Assembly (NCBI GenBank): GCA_044440125.1
Contig: JBITAJ010000031.1
Span: 1-64,000, forward strand
Source of the DNA: Sedimentisphaeraceae bacterium JB056
Lineage (GTDB): Bacteria; Planctomycetota; Phycisphaerae; Sedimentisphaerales; Sedimentisphaeraceae
Reading direction: 5' to 3'
DNA length: 64,000 nucleotides
The translations under genes were made by a program, and so were the position numbers. Position 1 is the stretch's first letter. The number at the start of each line of letters is the position of its first letter. Positions 40,601-50,543 of this stretch are shown in pieces. Under the pieces are notes generated by a model. It was not told the DNA's origin. It saw only the letters and a list, made by a program, of their open reading frames with translations, and did not search any database.

Positions 40601-41060
40601 CATATTGAACCGGCACGAGCGAAACCTCCAAATTGCTGGTCTCCGGCAATCCCATATCGATAAATATCCCATAAGTGCCGTAAGGCATGTAACCAAAAGC
40701 TGATGATAACTCACTGAAGGTTATTCTGGAATCCCAGGTATTTATCGCACTCGTAGCAGACGAGCCAAAGAAAAAGAACAGGCAGGTATCTTGGGAAGTG
40801 GCATTATCAACCATATTACTTATAGCATTGATTACAGCGGATTTTGTTGCGGAGCTATCCGTTAGAAGCTGAACATTCGAACTGTTCCAGTCTGAGAGAG
40901 ATGCCAAATGTTTGGCTACGGCTTTAGCATCTGCACTGCAATAATTGTCTGAAACATTTTGATAATCTGAAATGCCGCAAACAACGGCTTTTTTATCAGC
41001 AAGAACAAAAGTACTGAATATCAAAAATGAAAAGACTGCTATAAGTTGTCTTTTTATCAT
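37671..41060 (-). CDS. Secreted multidomain protein: degenerate C14 caspase domain - PPC - Ig-like - intact C14 caspase/metacaspase - Ig-like - GLUG beta-helix - dockerin-like
   Basis: Signal peptide. FFYSGHG and IDSCFSGG dyad in the second domain; DTIITLYD…NDD…PAGTY (PPC); PYVIE…FDGNG…YAGLFG (GLUG); GDFNESGAVDTDD…NWL…GDGIVDLED (dockerin-like). Confidence 0.85.
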   Translation of the reverse strand: MIKRQLIAVFSFLIFSTFVLADKKAVVCGISDYQNVSDNYCSADAKAVAKHLASLSDWNSSNVQLLTDSSATKSAVINAISNMVDNATSQDTCLFFFFGSSATSAINTWDSRITFSELSSAFGYMPYGTYGIFIDMGLPETSNLEVSLVPVQYAGSNAEGFTVVSYYEYLDDPAYQYAKNSPFAYLTLEALSGYGDANNNGTITAQECADYADPYGNYSKRVDNTSGVSITSMSMSYNDIYESDSLYSNITQITADGTPVIRAINPAGENDYITFTLYQEEYVEIETNSTEIGSDTDTIITLYDSNKTMIDSNDDNPDSGVSGYYLSKIATTLPAGTYTVGVECYYGNSSILSYSVRVSIGSIDIFAVGPDFVYEDSIAEFICLAGSYYKNMIVDADWQSSGSWGWFDSVDTFYSGQVDADTTLTVTASYEDKTDDKEVVVRNMTAPETTVEYYAVICGIADYSGTLNDLSYTVNDAVGLRNQLLKDPLWKEENITMLLDDEATYDAIRNSILAMAAASDSDDVCLFFYSGHGTTRNDSYPYDETDGEDECLVAYNTNISDDDFGNWINQLPTDNYIVLIDSCFSGGMIKSSDTSYSVKGIGKSLTLKGDGFADDIYKSVISTKDLDDNGRGIVLTASDYDELSWESAAFAHGTFTYYLLEALKGAGDTDGDGFVSAEECYQYVYPLALASDEQTTQVYDPGRLEMPVMQYNSNSYIKSLSISGQADITLDSQTSFTCNAVFSDGSQSDITDKVKWSADSSYAVVSTDGVVTTGSDGVGTQFNLNAVYNNIFSVSILLSIGSGKYSGGIGTVESPYVIEVAGDLVALSETPDDWDSFFFLSNHIDMSGTAMSPIGTSANEPFNGKFDGNGKEIRNLNIMTNGGDYAGLFGAIGSGAVVQNLGLYNIDVDSSGGNFAGSFSGWCFGTISGCFATGSVSGASQVGGIAGGLSGPAAVIEDCYSLCDVNASVVGGGLVGIVADSAVINRCLVSGDIKGEGDLAPFVYYDYSSNISNCFYDASVDLTGSGVAWALNNDQLKSSDVYIAAGWDFSAQGMWKIKDGYSPMLSWQEDFLPGDFNESGAVDTDDLMLFAVNWLAGGVGNSCDISKYGGDGIVDLEDLTILSLYYSQE

Positions 41061-41103
41061 AAAATCGTTTAATTGTTTAAGGTTTCGTTAGAAAAGACTT
41101 TGA

Positions 41104-43332
41104 CTAACTTTGCTTTTGTGCTTCTTCTGTTGCCGGAGGTGTAGCAGCCTGAACTGCCGGTTTGGCATTAGCTTCTGGTGACTTAGGTTCAGCAGCAACA
41201 GGTTTAGGAGCAGGCTTCCACTCGGCAACAAGCTTCTGCCAACCTGGTCTTGAATCAGGAATCGCTATTTTTATAAGACCGGTCTTTAAAGCGGCTCCCT
41301 CTTTTTCAACTGCCTTTTTGAGAACTGCGGCTATCGATCCTGCCGGATCAATATCACCACTGTTAAGGAGCATAGTAACAAGTTTAATCACTGCCTCATT
41401 ATTATCAACCGCAGTCAAAGCTTCGATTGCATTTTTAGCATCGTTAACAGCTTCAGATTTACCCGTAGCATCAGAGATCAGCCACACATAAAGTTCTGCA
41501 GCCTCTGCCATCTTTGTACGGGAGATATAGAAATGGGCAAGAAGCACGGTAGATTTGTACTGGATACCGGCTTTTTTGCGACCTATCTCAAAAATTTCAA
41601 TCTTCTTGGCATCATCAATATCTATACTGTCAATAGTCGTCACAGCCTTATCCACAACAGAGGCATCCTCACGCTGCAGTATTGCGATAACCGCTGCCCA
41701 AGCTCCATCGACACCTTGGCGTACTTTCTCAGCGAGCCAGGAATAATCTTTACCGCCGCCAACTTCCTTGGCAAGATCTATCACCATTTTTACAATCGAA
41801 GCATCAGAATCATTATATATTTGTTTCTCAACTAACACCTTAAGAGCAACGGCTTTGTCAATATTAATAAATCCCTCAACCGCAGCGGTTCTTATTTCCG
41901 GCTGAGTTGAAGATAGTGCCTTAGTAAATTCCGGCTCAAATATTTTCCTCGCGATGGCTCTGTAATGGAAATCTGCAAGACAAAAACGATTCATCACATT
42001 CAGCAATTTGGCTGCAAGTGAATTATTTTGCTGGAGTGCTTTAAGATACCGATTATTAACATTCGTTATATATTTTGAAGCAACAGCATCTTCAAGCCCA
42101 TTCTTCTCAAGCAATTTACGTACAACCTCGGCACCTACAACAACCCTCTCTGGATTACTCTCTGCGAGAAATTCACTTGCCTTGTCAAGAACATAAATCC
42201 TTGTCTGCGGATCAAGTTTCAATCCCGAAGAAGGCAGCAGCGCATAATAACAGCTCTCAGCAAGAGCTTCAAGCAAGGCGGTCTGAACTTCTGCAACCTC
42301 TTCAGCCTTGAGTTGGGCTAAAAGTTTGTCTGTAGGATTGGCATCTGCCATGTATACCATGAGCTTGGCTGCTGCAAGCCGAACCGCTGAATCATCATCA
42401 CTAACTACACTTACTATAGCAGAGGTCAACTGTTCCGGCAAATCACTGCTGTTGCGCCATAAACCAATCTTTTCAACTGCCCAACGTCTTACCTGGGGAA
42501 CCTTCTTCTTCAAAGCCTCGATAAGAAATTCACTTCTTGCGGCAGGTTCATTTTTTGTCTGATAAAGCTGTTCATAAAGGCTTACTATTTCTGAAGTAAG
42601 AACCTGCTTTTCCTGGCTTAGCTTTTGCACTTTTGTTTCCTGAGCAGCAAGTCTGTCCCTAACGATCTCATCAGGACTTTTCTGCTTCAGCTCATTTCTG
42701 ACATAATTCCAGAGGTCCTTATTGGTCCCCATTGGAACCCAGCCTTGAAGTGTCTTACCGGCCTGTTCGGCTATGGCAGGATCCTTATCATCAAGCAACG
42801 ATATCATCTCGGCTATAGCATCTTTTTCTGAAAGCCTCAACCCTACAGCGAAAATCGCATTCATTCTGGATTGCTGCGAACTCTCTTTGCCGTAAAGAAT
42901 ACCCTCAATTCCAGACTTAATCTGTTTGTATTCATAATTTGACAATGCGGCAGCGGCCTGATGTGCTATTTCTGGAGCGGTCGTGTCAAGAATCTGTATA
43001 AGAGGCTTTATGTACGCCTCAGGATATTGAATTTCGTTTTCCCACTGCTGACTCTGACTTATTGCATTACATACAGCTTCTATGGCTTTGATATTTTCAG
43101 TATCGTTCAATACATTTATTACTATCTTTTTGGCCTCATTATCAGAATCAATCAGTAATTGCTTTGCTGCAACGGCTCTGATCTGATCATCCGATCCGCT
43201 TGAAAGCATAGCACGATTTATGACCAACTGATCATTCACCGCCGGCTCATCAGCGGAGTAAACAACCTGAGCAAAGCAGATAATCGCTATTAGTAAATAT
43301 ATTATAGATGTTTCGGCAGCTTTTGTTTTCAT
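41104..43332 (-). CDS. Secreted/periplasmic HEAT-repeat protein
   Basis: Signal peptide, repeated VRxxAxxxL units (IRAVAAKQL, VRRWAVEKI, VRLAAAKL, IRTAAVEG), Pro/Ala-rich tail. Confidence 0.75.
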   Translation of the reverse strand: MKTKAAETSIIYLLIAIICFAQVVYSADEPAVNDQLVINRAMLSSGSDDQIRAVAAKQLLIDSDNEAKKIVINVLNDTENIKAIEAVCNAISQSQQWENEIQYPEAYIKPLIQILDTTAPEIAHQAAAALSNYEYKQIKSGIEGILYGKESSQQSRMNAIFAVGLRLSEKDAIAEMISLLDDKDPAIAEQAGKTLQGWVPMGTNKDLWNYVRNELKQKSPDEIVRDRLAAQETKVQKLSQEKQVLTSEIVSLYEQLYQTKNEPAARSEFLIEALKKKVPQVRRWAVEKIGLWRNSSDLPEQLTSAIVSVVSDDDSAVRLAAAKLMVYMADANPTDKLLAQLKAEEVAEVQTALLEALAESCYYALLPSSGLKLDPQTRIYVLDKASEFLAESNPERVVVGAEVVRKLLEKNGLEDAVASKYITNVNNRYLKALQQNNSLAAKLLNVMNRFCLADFHYRAIARKIFEPEFTKALSSTQPEIRTAAVEGFINIDKAVALKVLVEKQIYNDSDASIVKMVIDLAKEVGGGKDYSWLAEKVRQGVDGAWAAVIAILQREDASVVDKAVTTIDSIDIDDAKKIEIFEIGRKKAGIQYKSTVLLAHFYISRTKMAEAAELYVWLISDATGKSEAVNDAKNAIEALTAVDNNEAVIKLVTMLLNSGDIDPAGSIAAVLKKAVEKEGAALKTGLIKIAIPDSRPGWQKLVAEWKPAPKPVAAEPKSPEANAKPAVQAATPPATEEAQKQS

Positions 43333-43449
43333 CTGGTAAAATCAATCTTAAATAATTCGATCCTTGAATCATTAAATATTAAACCGAATAGTACAGACTA
43401 ACCCAAAACACTCAAATATTCGGAATAATTGCACCATTCAATTACCTAT

Positions 43450-43478
43450 ATATTAACAATTTATGGCATAAACGTCAA
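43450..43478 (-). promoter_or_regulatory. sigma70-type promoter of the HEAT/caspase run
   Basis: Minus strand TTGACG-17-TAATAT with a TG extension. Confidence 0.5.
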
Positions 43479-43609
43479 ACTCATAAAGTAATATTCACAA
43501 AGTTATTAACGATATTTCGGGCGTTATTATTGCATTTACAATTTATTAGACTAAAATCTGGTTGATTTGTTTTAAATATTATGCAGATTTCCTACGAAAG
43601 TTTCAAATT

Positions 43610-44986
43610 TTGCCAGAATCTATAGAAAAAGTCCCTAATGACAACACTCACAGGCTTGCAGGAGACAAGATATTTCCTCTGCTTATAAAATTCTCACTGC
43701 CTGCGACTATCGGCACTGTGCTCAATGCCACTTACAACATAACAGACCGAATATTCATTGGAAGGGCTATCGGCGAAGACGGGCTTGCCGCGGCAACCAT
43801 ATCTTTTCCGATGATGATGATAATAATAGCTTTCGGAATGATGTTCGGACATGGTTCCTGCGCCTTGATATCAATACGACTTGGTCAGGGAAACAAACCT
43901 GAGGCAGAAAAGATACTCGGCCAATCATTTGCATTATTCGCAATCCTTTCGGTTTGCTTCACTTTTTTCGGCCTAATTTTCATCGAACCTCTCCTGACAC
44001 TTTTCGGAGCAAGTCCAAACATATTACCTCTGGCTGTAACTTACGCTCGAGTAATACTTTGGGGGATTTTTGCGCATGAAATATCCTTCGGCATAAACAG
44101 CCTGATAAGGGGTGAAGGCAATATAAAAGCATCCATGGTCACAATGATACTCGGAGCTGTCCTGAATATGATATTGGACCCCATATTCCTGTTTGTACTC
44201 GACATGGGGATACGAGGGGCCGCAATTGCGACAGTGATCTCGCAAATAATATCAGCAAGCTGGGTTATGTATTATTACCTGAGCAATAAAAGCTTCCTCA
44301 GGCTTCAATTCAAAAACATAAAGATATATCCAACTCTCGCAAGACAGGTTATAGCAACCGGCTGTCCACCATTTCTGATGAATTCCACTGCCTGCATCAC
44401 TCAAGCAATAATCTACAACAGTCTTGGTCACTACGGCGGAGACACCGAAATAGCAGTAATGGGAGTAATATTCACACTTCTCATGCTGACTTTCATGCCC
44501 ATGATTGGCCTAAATCACGGCACACAACCAATAATCGGCTTCAATTATGGTGCAAAGAATTATCAGCGAGTAAGACATACAGCCATACTCACATTAATCA
44601 TATCAACTGGTATATGCTTATTAATGTATCTGGTAATAAATTTAATACCTCAATTACTGTTTATGCCGTTCAGCAGCAATAGCGATTTCATAAATACAGG
44701 AGCGGCAGCCCTGCGTAAATTCATGTTGCTCATGCCCATGATAGGTACTATTTTCGTGACAACAAATTACTTTCAGGCAATAGCCAGGCCTAAAATTTCC
44801 ATACTCTTGTCAATGATACGACAAGTGCTGATATTAGTTCCGGCTGTTCTGATAATGCCTTTATTTCTTGGCGTCAATGGCATATGGTACAGTGGACCAG
44901 CTTCCGATTGCGGAGCATTTATTGCTGCAGTAATACTGATTAGCAGAGAACTTAAAAGACTGAAAGTACTGTCTGAACCAGAATAA
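43610..44986 (+). CDS. MATE-family efflux transporter (MepA-like)
   Basis: KFSLPA, YNITDRIFIG, IRGEGN, NMILDPIF, MGIRGAAIATVISQ, QPIIGFNYGAK. Start uncertain (TTG 43562 or 43610). Confidence 0.9.
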   Translation: MPESIEKVPNDNTHRLAGDKIFPLLIKFSLPATIGTVLNATYNITDRIFIGRAIGEDGLAAATISFPMMMIIIAFGMMFGHGSCALISIRLGQGNKPEAEKILGQSFALFAILSVCFTFFGLIFIEPLLTLFGASPNILPLAVTYARVILWGIFAHEISFGINSLIRGEGNIKASMVTMILGAVLNMILDPIFLFVLDMGIRGAAIATVISQIISASWVMYYYLSNKSFLRLQFKNIKIYPTLARQVIATGCPPFLMNSTACITQAIIYNSLGHYGGDTEIAVMGVIFTLLMLTFMPMIGLNHGTQPIIGFNYGAKNYQRVRHTAILTLIISTGICLLMYLVINLIPQLLFMPFSSNSDFINTGAAALRKFMLLMPMIGTIFVTTNYFQAIARPKISILLSMIRQVLILVPAVLIMPLFLGVNGIWYSGPASDCGAFIAAVILISRELKRLKVLSEPE

Positions 44987-45239
44987 AACTTAAAATAAAT
45001 GCATTAGAGACGAAAATAAACTTTTGAACAAACAAAGCTCTAATGTAAATACCTTCAAGAACCTTAATTAATCTGTACATTGTCAACATATACAGTCGAC
45101 ATTACTGATCAATCGAACAACCTTCAAATACAGTGAAATTAAAAAATATAAACCCTTGATTTTAATACTATTATATCGTATTATTGACAATTGTTCTTTG
45201 TGTTATGTTTAGCTATTGGGTTTTATTTGAGGCATAATA

Positions 45240-48200
45240 TTGTACGATAAGAGGCTCATTCTTATTCTACTTATAATCTTAGTGCTTACACTTGGGCTTA
45301 GAATAGCTGATAACCGCGCACAGATAGCCCGTGATTTGAAAAAAGAGAATATATTATCTAATTCTATTGACATATCTCTATCGCTTGACATAGAACTTGT
45401 TAAGCAGCTTACCTTTTCAAAAGCAGATATCAACAACCCGGCTTATATTGATATATGCAAACATTTCAAGAAATACAGTAGTATATCAGATTTTGAAGGA
45501 ATATTCAGCTTCACCATGGTAGACGGGAAGCTGGTGTTCGGCCCCGAAAGCTATGATCTGGAAAGCGAACTTGGCAGTCATCCTGGAGATATCTACAAAA
45601 ACTATCCAAAGGAATATATCGAGCTGTTTTCCGGCGCAAAACCTTTTATCAAAGATCTTTATACTGATGAATACGGTGAATTCGTAACAGCATTAACGCC
45701 ACTTCATGATCCTGAAACAGGCAAAACTCTGATAGTAATAGGAGTTGATATACTTGGCAAAGACTGGAACAAGATAACTGTTGATGCATATAAAGACACG
45801 CTTATAATAACTTCGCTTATATTATTCGCTATCATAAGTATCTCGATTGCTTCATTAATAAAGAAACGCCAAGTAAACCAGAGCAATAAACTCAAATCCT
45901 TAGAAACATACTCTGTTTTACTGGCAGGCATAATTCTCACTATATGCACAACAATAGTAGTTTACGAATATGAGATATTCCATGTAAAGGAGAAATTCAA
46001 CAAGTATGCATATAATGATGTTGAATTAACCAGAGACTCTTTAGACGATCTTAAAAAAGATGTAAAACTGATAAAAAACTACTTCGACGGAAGTGATTTC
46101 GTTTTTCGGAATGAATTTTCAACTTATGCATCATCTGCAATTAATTCACCGGCAGTAAAAAGCTTAAAGTGGGTTCCAATTGTTTCAAATGATAAAAAGG
46201 ATGTTTTTATTGAGTACACTCGACAGGATGATGCTCCAAATTTTAATATATGGTATTATGCGACCGGCAAAAAAGCGGCTCCTCAAGAGAAAGACTTTTA
46301 CTATCCGATATGCTATGAAGCCAAACCCGATAACAAAAAGGATTTGGAAGGATTTGACATATCAACAATACCCGAAGTCAAATTAGCCATTGAAAAGGCA
46401 ATAAACACCTCCTACCCTAATATAATTGACAGCTCTCTAATATCGGACTCTCTTGATAAAAGTTTTTCGATAATCTGTCCGGTATTCTCAAAAAAACAAG
46501 ATCAAGACAGCAAATCTGCTTATGGAATCATAATTATTGATTTTTCTCCTGATGAACTCATAGAGAATGAGACATTTTTCATGCGTTCAAGGAATAACTA
46601 TACGAGTTCAGGGATTATTGAATTAGTCGGCGATGAAGCGGAATTTATTTACACCCGTAAATGCTCTGAACATAAAGGTGTAATCAACGCAAAATGGACA
46701 AAGGACCAGGAATCATCAAACTACAAACTGACGCCACTGTTCCTTTTCGACAGAACTTTTGTGGCACTGTCGCATCCAACAGAAGAATTCTATACAAACT
46801 CGCCTACGCATTTGAGCTGGGCTTCTTTTATAGTTGGATTAATAATAACTGCAATGATTAGCATTTTCGTAGGTATCCTTAGTTCAAAGAAATCTGCTCT
46901 CGAGTATCTTGTTGCCATGAGAACCAAGGAACTCAGCGAGCAGGAGAAAGACCTTTCTACCACATTAAGCTCTATTGGGGATGCAGTAATAACGACCGAT
47001 ATCAATTCCAAAATAACAAGAATGAACCCGGTAGCAAACAAGCTTACAGGCTGGAGCAGCGCAGATGCAAAGGGACAAGATGTCAGTAAAGTTTTTAACA
47101 TAATAAATACTTCAACAAGAAAACCTGCTGTAGATGTGGTCAGAAAAGTTCTTGGTCTCGGTATAACATCAAACCTCTCGAACCATACTTCTCTAATATC
47201 AAAAGACGGTAAGGAATACCAAATAGCGGATAGTGCCGCTCCAATTAAAGATGAGTCCGGACAAATCAAGGGAGCCGTTATAGTATTCCACGATGTAAGT
47301 GAGCAATATGAAATTCGCCAGAAAGCGGAAGAGAGCCGAAGAAGATTCTTGTCTATATTCAATCATTCCATAAATGCTGTTGCACTTCATCGAATGATCT
47401 TTGATGCTGATGGCAATCCTACTGACTATATCTTTCTTGAAGCGAACCCGGCTTTCGAGAAACATACCGGTATAAAAATTGCAGATGCAATAGGTAAACG
47501 CGTAACTGAGCTTCATCCCGGCCCACAGACAAAAGAACTTATAGAAAAATATGGCGAAGTAATTAAAACTGGCAAACCGGCTATATTCGATCTCTATTTT
47601 AAAGAGTCTGACAGATATTACAGTGTCAAGGCCTATAAAACAGGAAAAGACTTATTTGCTACAATTTTCCAAAACATAACAGAAAAGAAATTAGCAGAAG
47701 ATGCACTCATTGAAAGCCAGGAAAAGTACAAATACCTGATAGACAACATACAGGGTATTTCGTATCACTGTAATTTTGACAAAACCTGGAAAATGAATTT
47801 CATAAGCGAGGAAATATCTCGCCTAACCGGCTATCCGGTGTCTGATTTCATAGACAATTCGGTGAGAACGTTTGAAAGCATAATACACCCCCAAGACAGG
47901 CAGATGGTATGGGAAATAATTGAAGATGCCGTCAGTCATGGCAACAAATTCAAGCTTGAGTATCGTCTCATATGCTCTAATGGTCAAATCGTATGGGTTA
48001 GCGAAAGAGGTCAGGCTATTGTAGAAAACGGCATTCCTGTATCTCTTGACGGCGTGATATTCGATATAACCGACCGCAAAAAAGCAGTCGCAAAACTTGA
48101 ACAAATAGAATGGATGCTTTCCAAGGAAGTAATAAGCTCCACAGAAGAGAAAAGCAGCAGAAGCAATAGTAAGGAAATCTGCAAAAAATTCTCAGGAATC

Positions 48201-49976
48201 GAAGCAAACAGTATAATATTAAACGCTATCGGTAAGGAAATGCTCTCCAATATAACAACTGATTATATGGATCTAATGGGCACATCCTCCGCTATCTATG
48301 AGAGAGACGGCAACTATACCCTCGGAATTTTTTCATCCGGCTGGTGTAAAACCTTAGATGATGCATCAAGAAAACTTTGTAACGCCGATAGTAATGAGCT
48401 GTCAGAATGCAGTAAATGGCATTGTCATCAATCAGGAAAGAATTGTGCACAAAAAGCTGTTGAAAGCGGCAAACCTGTTGACTCCGAATGCAACGGCGGG
48501 CTAAGAATCCACTCGGTTCCAATAGTGGCTTCAAACAAAACAGTAGGTGCAATAAATCTTGCGTATGGAGACCCGCCAAAAGAAATAGAAAAAATCAGAG
48601 AGATTGCCGAAAGATATGAGGTTGATCCAGACAAACTCTTAGCAGAAAGTAACTGCTATCAAACCAGGCCTAAATATATAATCCAAATGGCTAAAAACCG
48701 GCTTGTAAATACTGCAAGGCTTATCGGACTTCTTCTGGAGAGAAAACAGGCAAATGATGAAATTGAAAGAGCGAACAAGAGACTGCTCGAATCGGCTGAA
48801 AGGATGCAGGCTCTTGCCAAAGAAGCTCAGGCTGCCACAAAAGCCAAAAGCCATTTCCTTGCTAACATGAGTCATGAAATACGTACTCCAATGAATGGCG
48901 TTATAGGAATGCTTGAACTTCTAATAGACACTCCGCTTACAGAAGACCAACTTAATTACGCAAACATAGCAAGATCAAGCGGGATTGCACTTGTAGAACT
49001 TATAAACGACATTCTTGATTTTTCAAAAATTGAAGCAGGTAAAACTGAGCTTGAAATCAACAATTTCAAACTTTCTGCCATCACAGAGGACATCATTAAC
49101 ATACTTTCCCCTGAAGCATCAAAGAAGGGTATTGAAATTATCTGCAATATTGAAGATGATATACCCAATGAGCTTCAAGGCGACAGTAAAAAATTACGAC
49201 AGATACTGATGAACCTCAGCGGCAATGCAGTAAAATTTACCAATAAAGGTAAGGTTGAAATTAAAATATCCAAAATCAAAAAATCAGATAGTTTTGTGGA
49301 GCTGAAATTTGAAATAAATGATACCGGTATAGGAATAGAAGAAGACAAAATACATCTCCTGTTCAATGCATTCCAACAGATAGATAACTCAAACACAAGA
49401 CAATTTGGAGGTACAGGGCTTGGTCTTGTAATCTCCAAAAAACTTGTTGAAATACTGGGAGGAGATATAGGCGTAGAGAGTCAAATTGGAAAAGGTTCAA
49501 AATTCTGGTTCACTTCAAAATTCGAGAAAATTGTCAATCAGGATAATCAATCACGAAAAGATGCCCCTGAGGACAATCAACCTATGAATATAACTTTCTC
49601 TGAATGTCATATATTGGTAGCTGAAGACAACCCGATAAACCAGAAAGTGGCAGTAGGTATTTTAGAAAAACTGGGAATCAAAGCTGATGTAGCCGAAAAT
49701 GGCCATGAAGCGATAAAAGCCCTTGAAAACAAAACTTATGACCTCGTACTCATGGACGTTCAAATGAGCGTAATGGATGGAATAAAAGCCACTGAGATAA
49801 TAAGATCGGGCGACTGCAAGATCGACAACCCGCAATTACCTATCATCGCAATGACGGCAAATGCAATGGATAAGGATCGTAAGGAATGTCTTGATGCAGG
49901 TATGGACGACTATATCTCTAAGCCATTTACACCAAATTCACTTTCTATGGTGCTTGAGAGATGGATGAAAAAATAG
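45240..49976 (+). CDS. Hybrid sensor histidine kinase: Cache-like - CHASE - PAS x3 - PocR - HisKA - HATPase - REC
   Basis: YTDEYGEF (Cache-like); VFRNEF…LKWVP…YYPICY…LEGFD (CHASE); SIGDAVITTD (PAS); SGWC…CHQS…ECNGGL…VPI (PocR); FLANMSHEIRTP; GGTGLGL; LVAEDN, LMDVQM, KPF. Confidence 0.9.
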   Translation: MYDKRLILILLIILVLTLGLRIADNRAQIARDLKKENILSNSIDISLSLDIELVKQLTFSKADINNPAYIDICKHFKKYSSISDFEGIFSFTMVDGKLVFGPESYDLESELGSHPGDIYKNYPKEYIELFSGAKPFIKDLYTDEYGEFVTALTPLHDPETGKTLIVIGVDILGKDWNKITVDAYKDTLIITSLILFAIISISIASLIKKRQVNQSNKLKSLETYSVLLAGIILTICTTIVVYEYEIFHVKEKFNKYAYNDVELTRDSLDDLKKDVKLIKNYFDGSDFVFRNEFSTYASSAINSPAVKSLKWVPIVSNDKKDVFIEYTRQDDAPNFNIWYYATGKKAAPQEKDFYYPICYEAKPDNKKDLEGFDISTIPEVKLAIEKAINTSYPNIIDSSLISDSLDKSFSIICPVFSKKQDQDSKSAYGIIIIDFSPDELIENETFFMRSRNNYTSSGIIELVGDEAEFIYTRKCSEHKGVINAKWTKDQESSNYKLTPLFLFDRTFVALSHPTEEFYTNSPTHLSWASFIVGLIITAMISIFVGILSSKKSALEYLVAMRTKELSEQEKDLSTTLSSIGDAVITTDINSKITRMNPVANKLTGWSSADAKGQDVSKVFNIINTSTRKPAVDVVRKVLGLGITSNLSNHTSLISKDGKEYQIADSAAPIKDESGQIKGAVIVFHDVSEQYEIRQKAEESRRRFLSIFNHSINAVALHRMIFDADGNPTDYIFLEANPAFEKHTGIKIADAIGKRVTELHPGPQTKELIEKYGEVIKTGKPAIFDLYFKESDRYYSVKAYKTGKDLFATIFQNITEKKLAEDALIESQEKYKYLIDNIQGISYHCNFDKTWKMNFISEEISRLTGYPVSDFIDNSVRTFESIIHPQDRQMVWEIIEDAVSHGNKFKLEYRLICSNGQIVWVSERGQAIVENGIPVSLDGVIFDITDRKKAVAKLEQIEWMLSKEVISSTEEKSSRSNSKEICKKFSGIEANSIILNAIGKEMLSNITTDYMDLMGTSSAIYERDGNYTLGIFSSGWCKTLDDASRKLCNADSNELSECSKWHCHQSGKNCAQKAVESGKPVDSECNGGLRIHSVPIVASNKTVGAINLAYGDPPKEIEKIREIAERYEVDPDKLLAESNCYQTRPKYIIQMAKNRLVNTARLIGLLLERKQANDEIERANKRLLESAERMQALAKEAQAATKAKSHFLANMSHEIRTPMNGVIGMLELLIDTPLTEDQLNYANIARSSGIALVELINDILDFSKIEAGKTELEINNFKLSAITEDIINILSPEASKKGIEIICNIEDDIPNELQGDSKKLRQILMNLSGNAVKFTNKGKVEIKISKIKKSDSFVELKFEINDTGIGIEEDKIHLLFNAFQQIDNSNTRQFGGTGLGLVISKKLVEILGGDIGVESQIGKGSKFWFTSKFEKIVNQDNQSRKDAPEDNQPMNITFSECHILVAEDNPINQKVAVGILEKLGIKADVAENGHEAIKALENKTYDLVLMDVQMSVMDGIKATEIIRSGDCKIDNPQLPIIAMTANAMDKDRKECLDAGMDDYISKPFTPNSLSMVLERWMKK

Positions 49977-50016
49977 ACCAACAATATAATCAATTTAATC
50001 AAAAAAAGGACTTAAA

Positions 50017-50517
50017 ATGAAGTTCATAAAAGTCAATAACGATCCGCTGGTAGAAGAAACTTCAAAACTGGCAGCAGGTATATGGCAAGAACACTATGAA
50101 CCTATAATCGGAAAACAGCAGGTTGAGTATATGCTTCAGAAATTCCAAAGCAGCAAGGCAATATCTGAACAAATCAGCAAAGGCTGGGATTATTACCTCG
50201 TTTGCGATCAGCATAATTGGGTCGGCTATATAGCCCTGCTTGCTGAACCTCAAAAGAAATCAATGCACCTAAGCAAATATTATATTGACAGTAAATATCG
50301 CGGCAAGGGTTACGGAAAAAAAGCCATGAACTTCATTATAGATAAATGCATGGAATCAAAACTCAATACACTTTGGCTTACTGTAAACAGACACAATACA
50401 GATTCAATAAAGATATATGAAAAACTGGGCTTCAAGAATGAAGGGAAAATAAAATGCGATATAGGCGAAGGTTTTATAATGGACGATTATAAAATGGTTT
50501 ATACCATTGAAGATTAA
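50017..50517 (+). CDS. GNAT-family N-acetyltransferase
   Basis: LSKYYIDSKYRGKGYG, WLTVNRHN, IYEKLGF. Confidence 0.88.
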   Translation: MKFIKVNNDPLVEETSKLAAGIWQEHYEPIIGKQQVEYMLQKFQSSKAISEQISKGWDYYLVCDQHNWVGYIALLAEPQKKSMHLSKYYIDSKYRGKGYGKKAMNFIIDKCMESKLNTLWLTVNRHNTDSIKIYEKLGFKNEGKIKCDIGEGFIMDDYKMVYTIED

Positions 50518-50543
50518 ATCAAAACGACATTGAAACCTATCTG

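Noticed and set aside
43335..43446. Closed leader structure upstream of the HEAT gene
   Set aside because: Local hairpins exist (CCGAATA/TATTCGG), but the predicted TSS falls inside the short closing stem; too weak.
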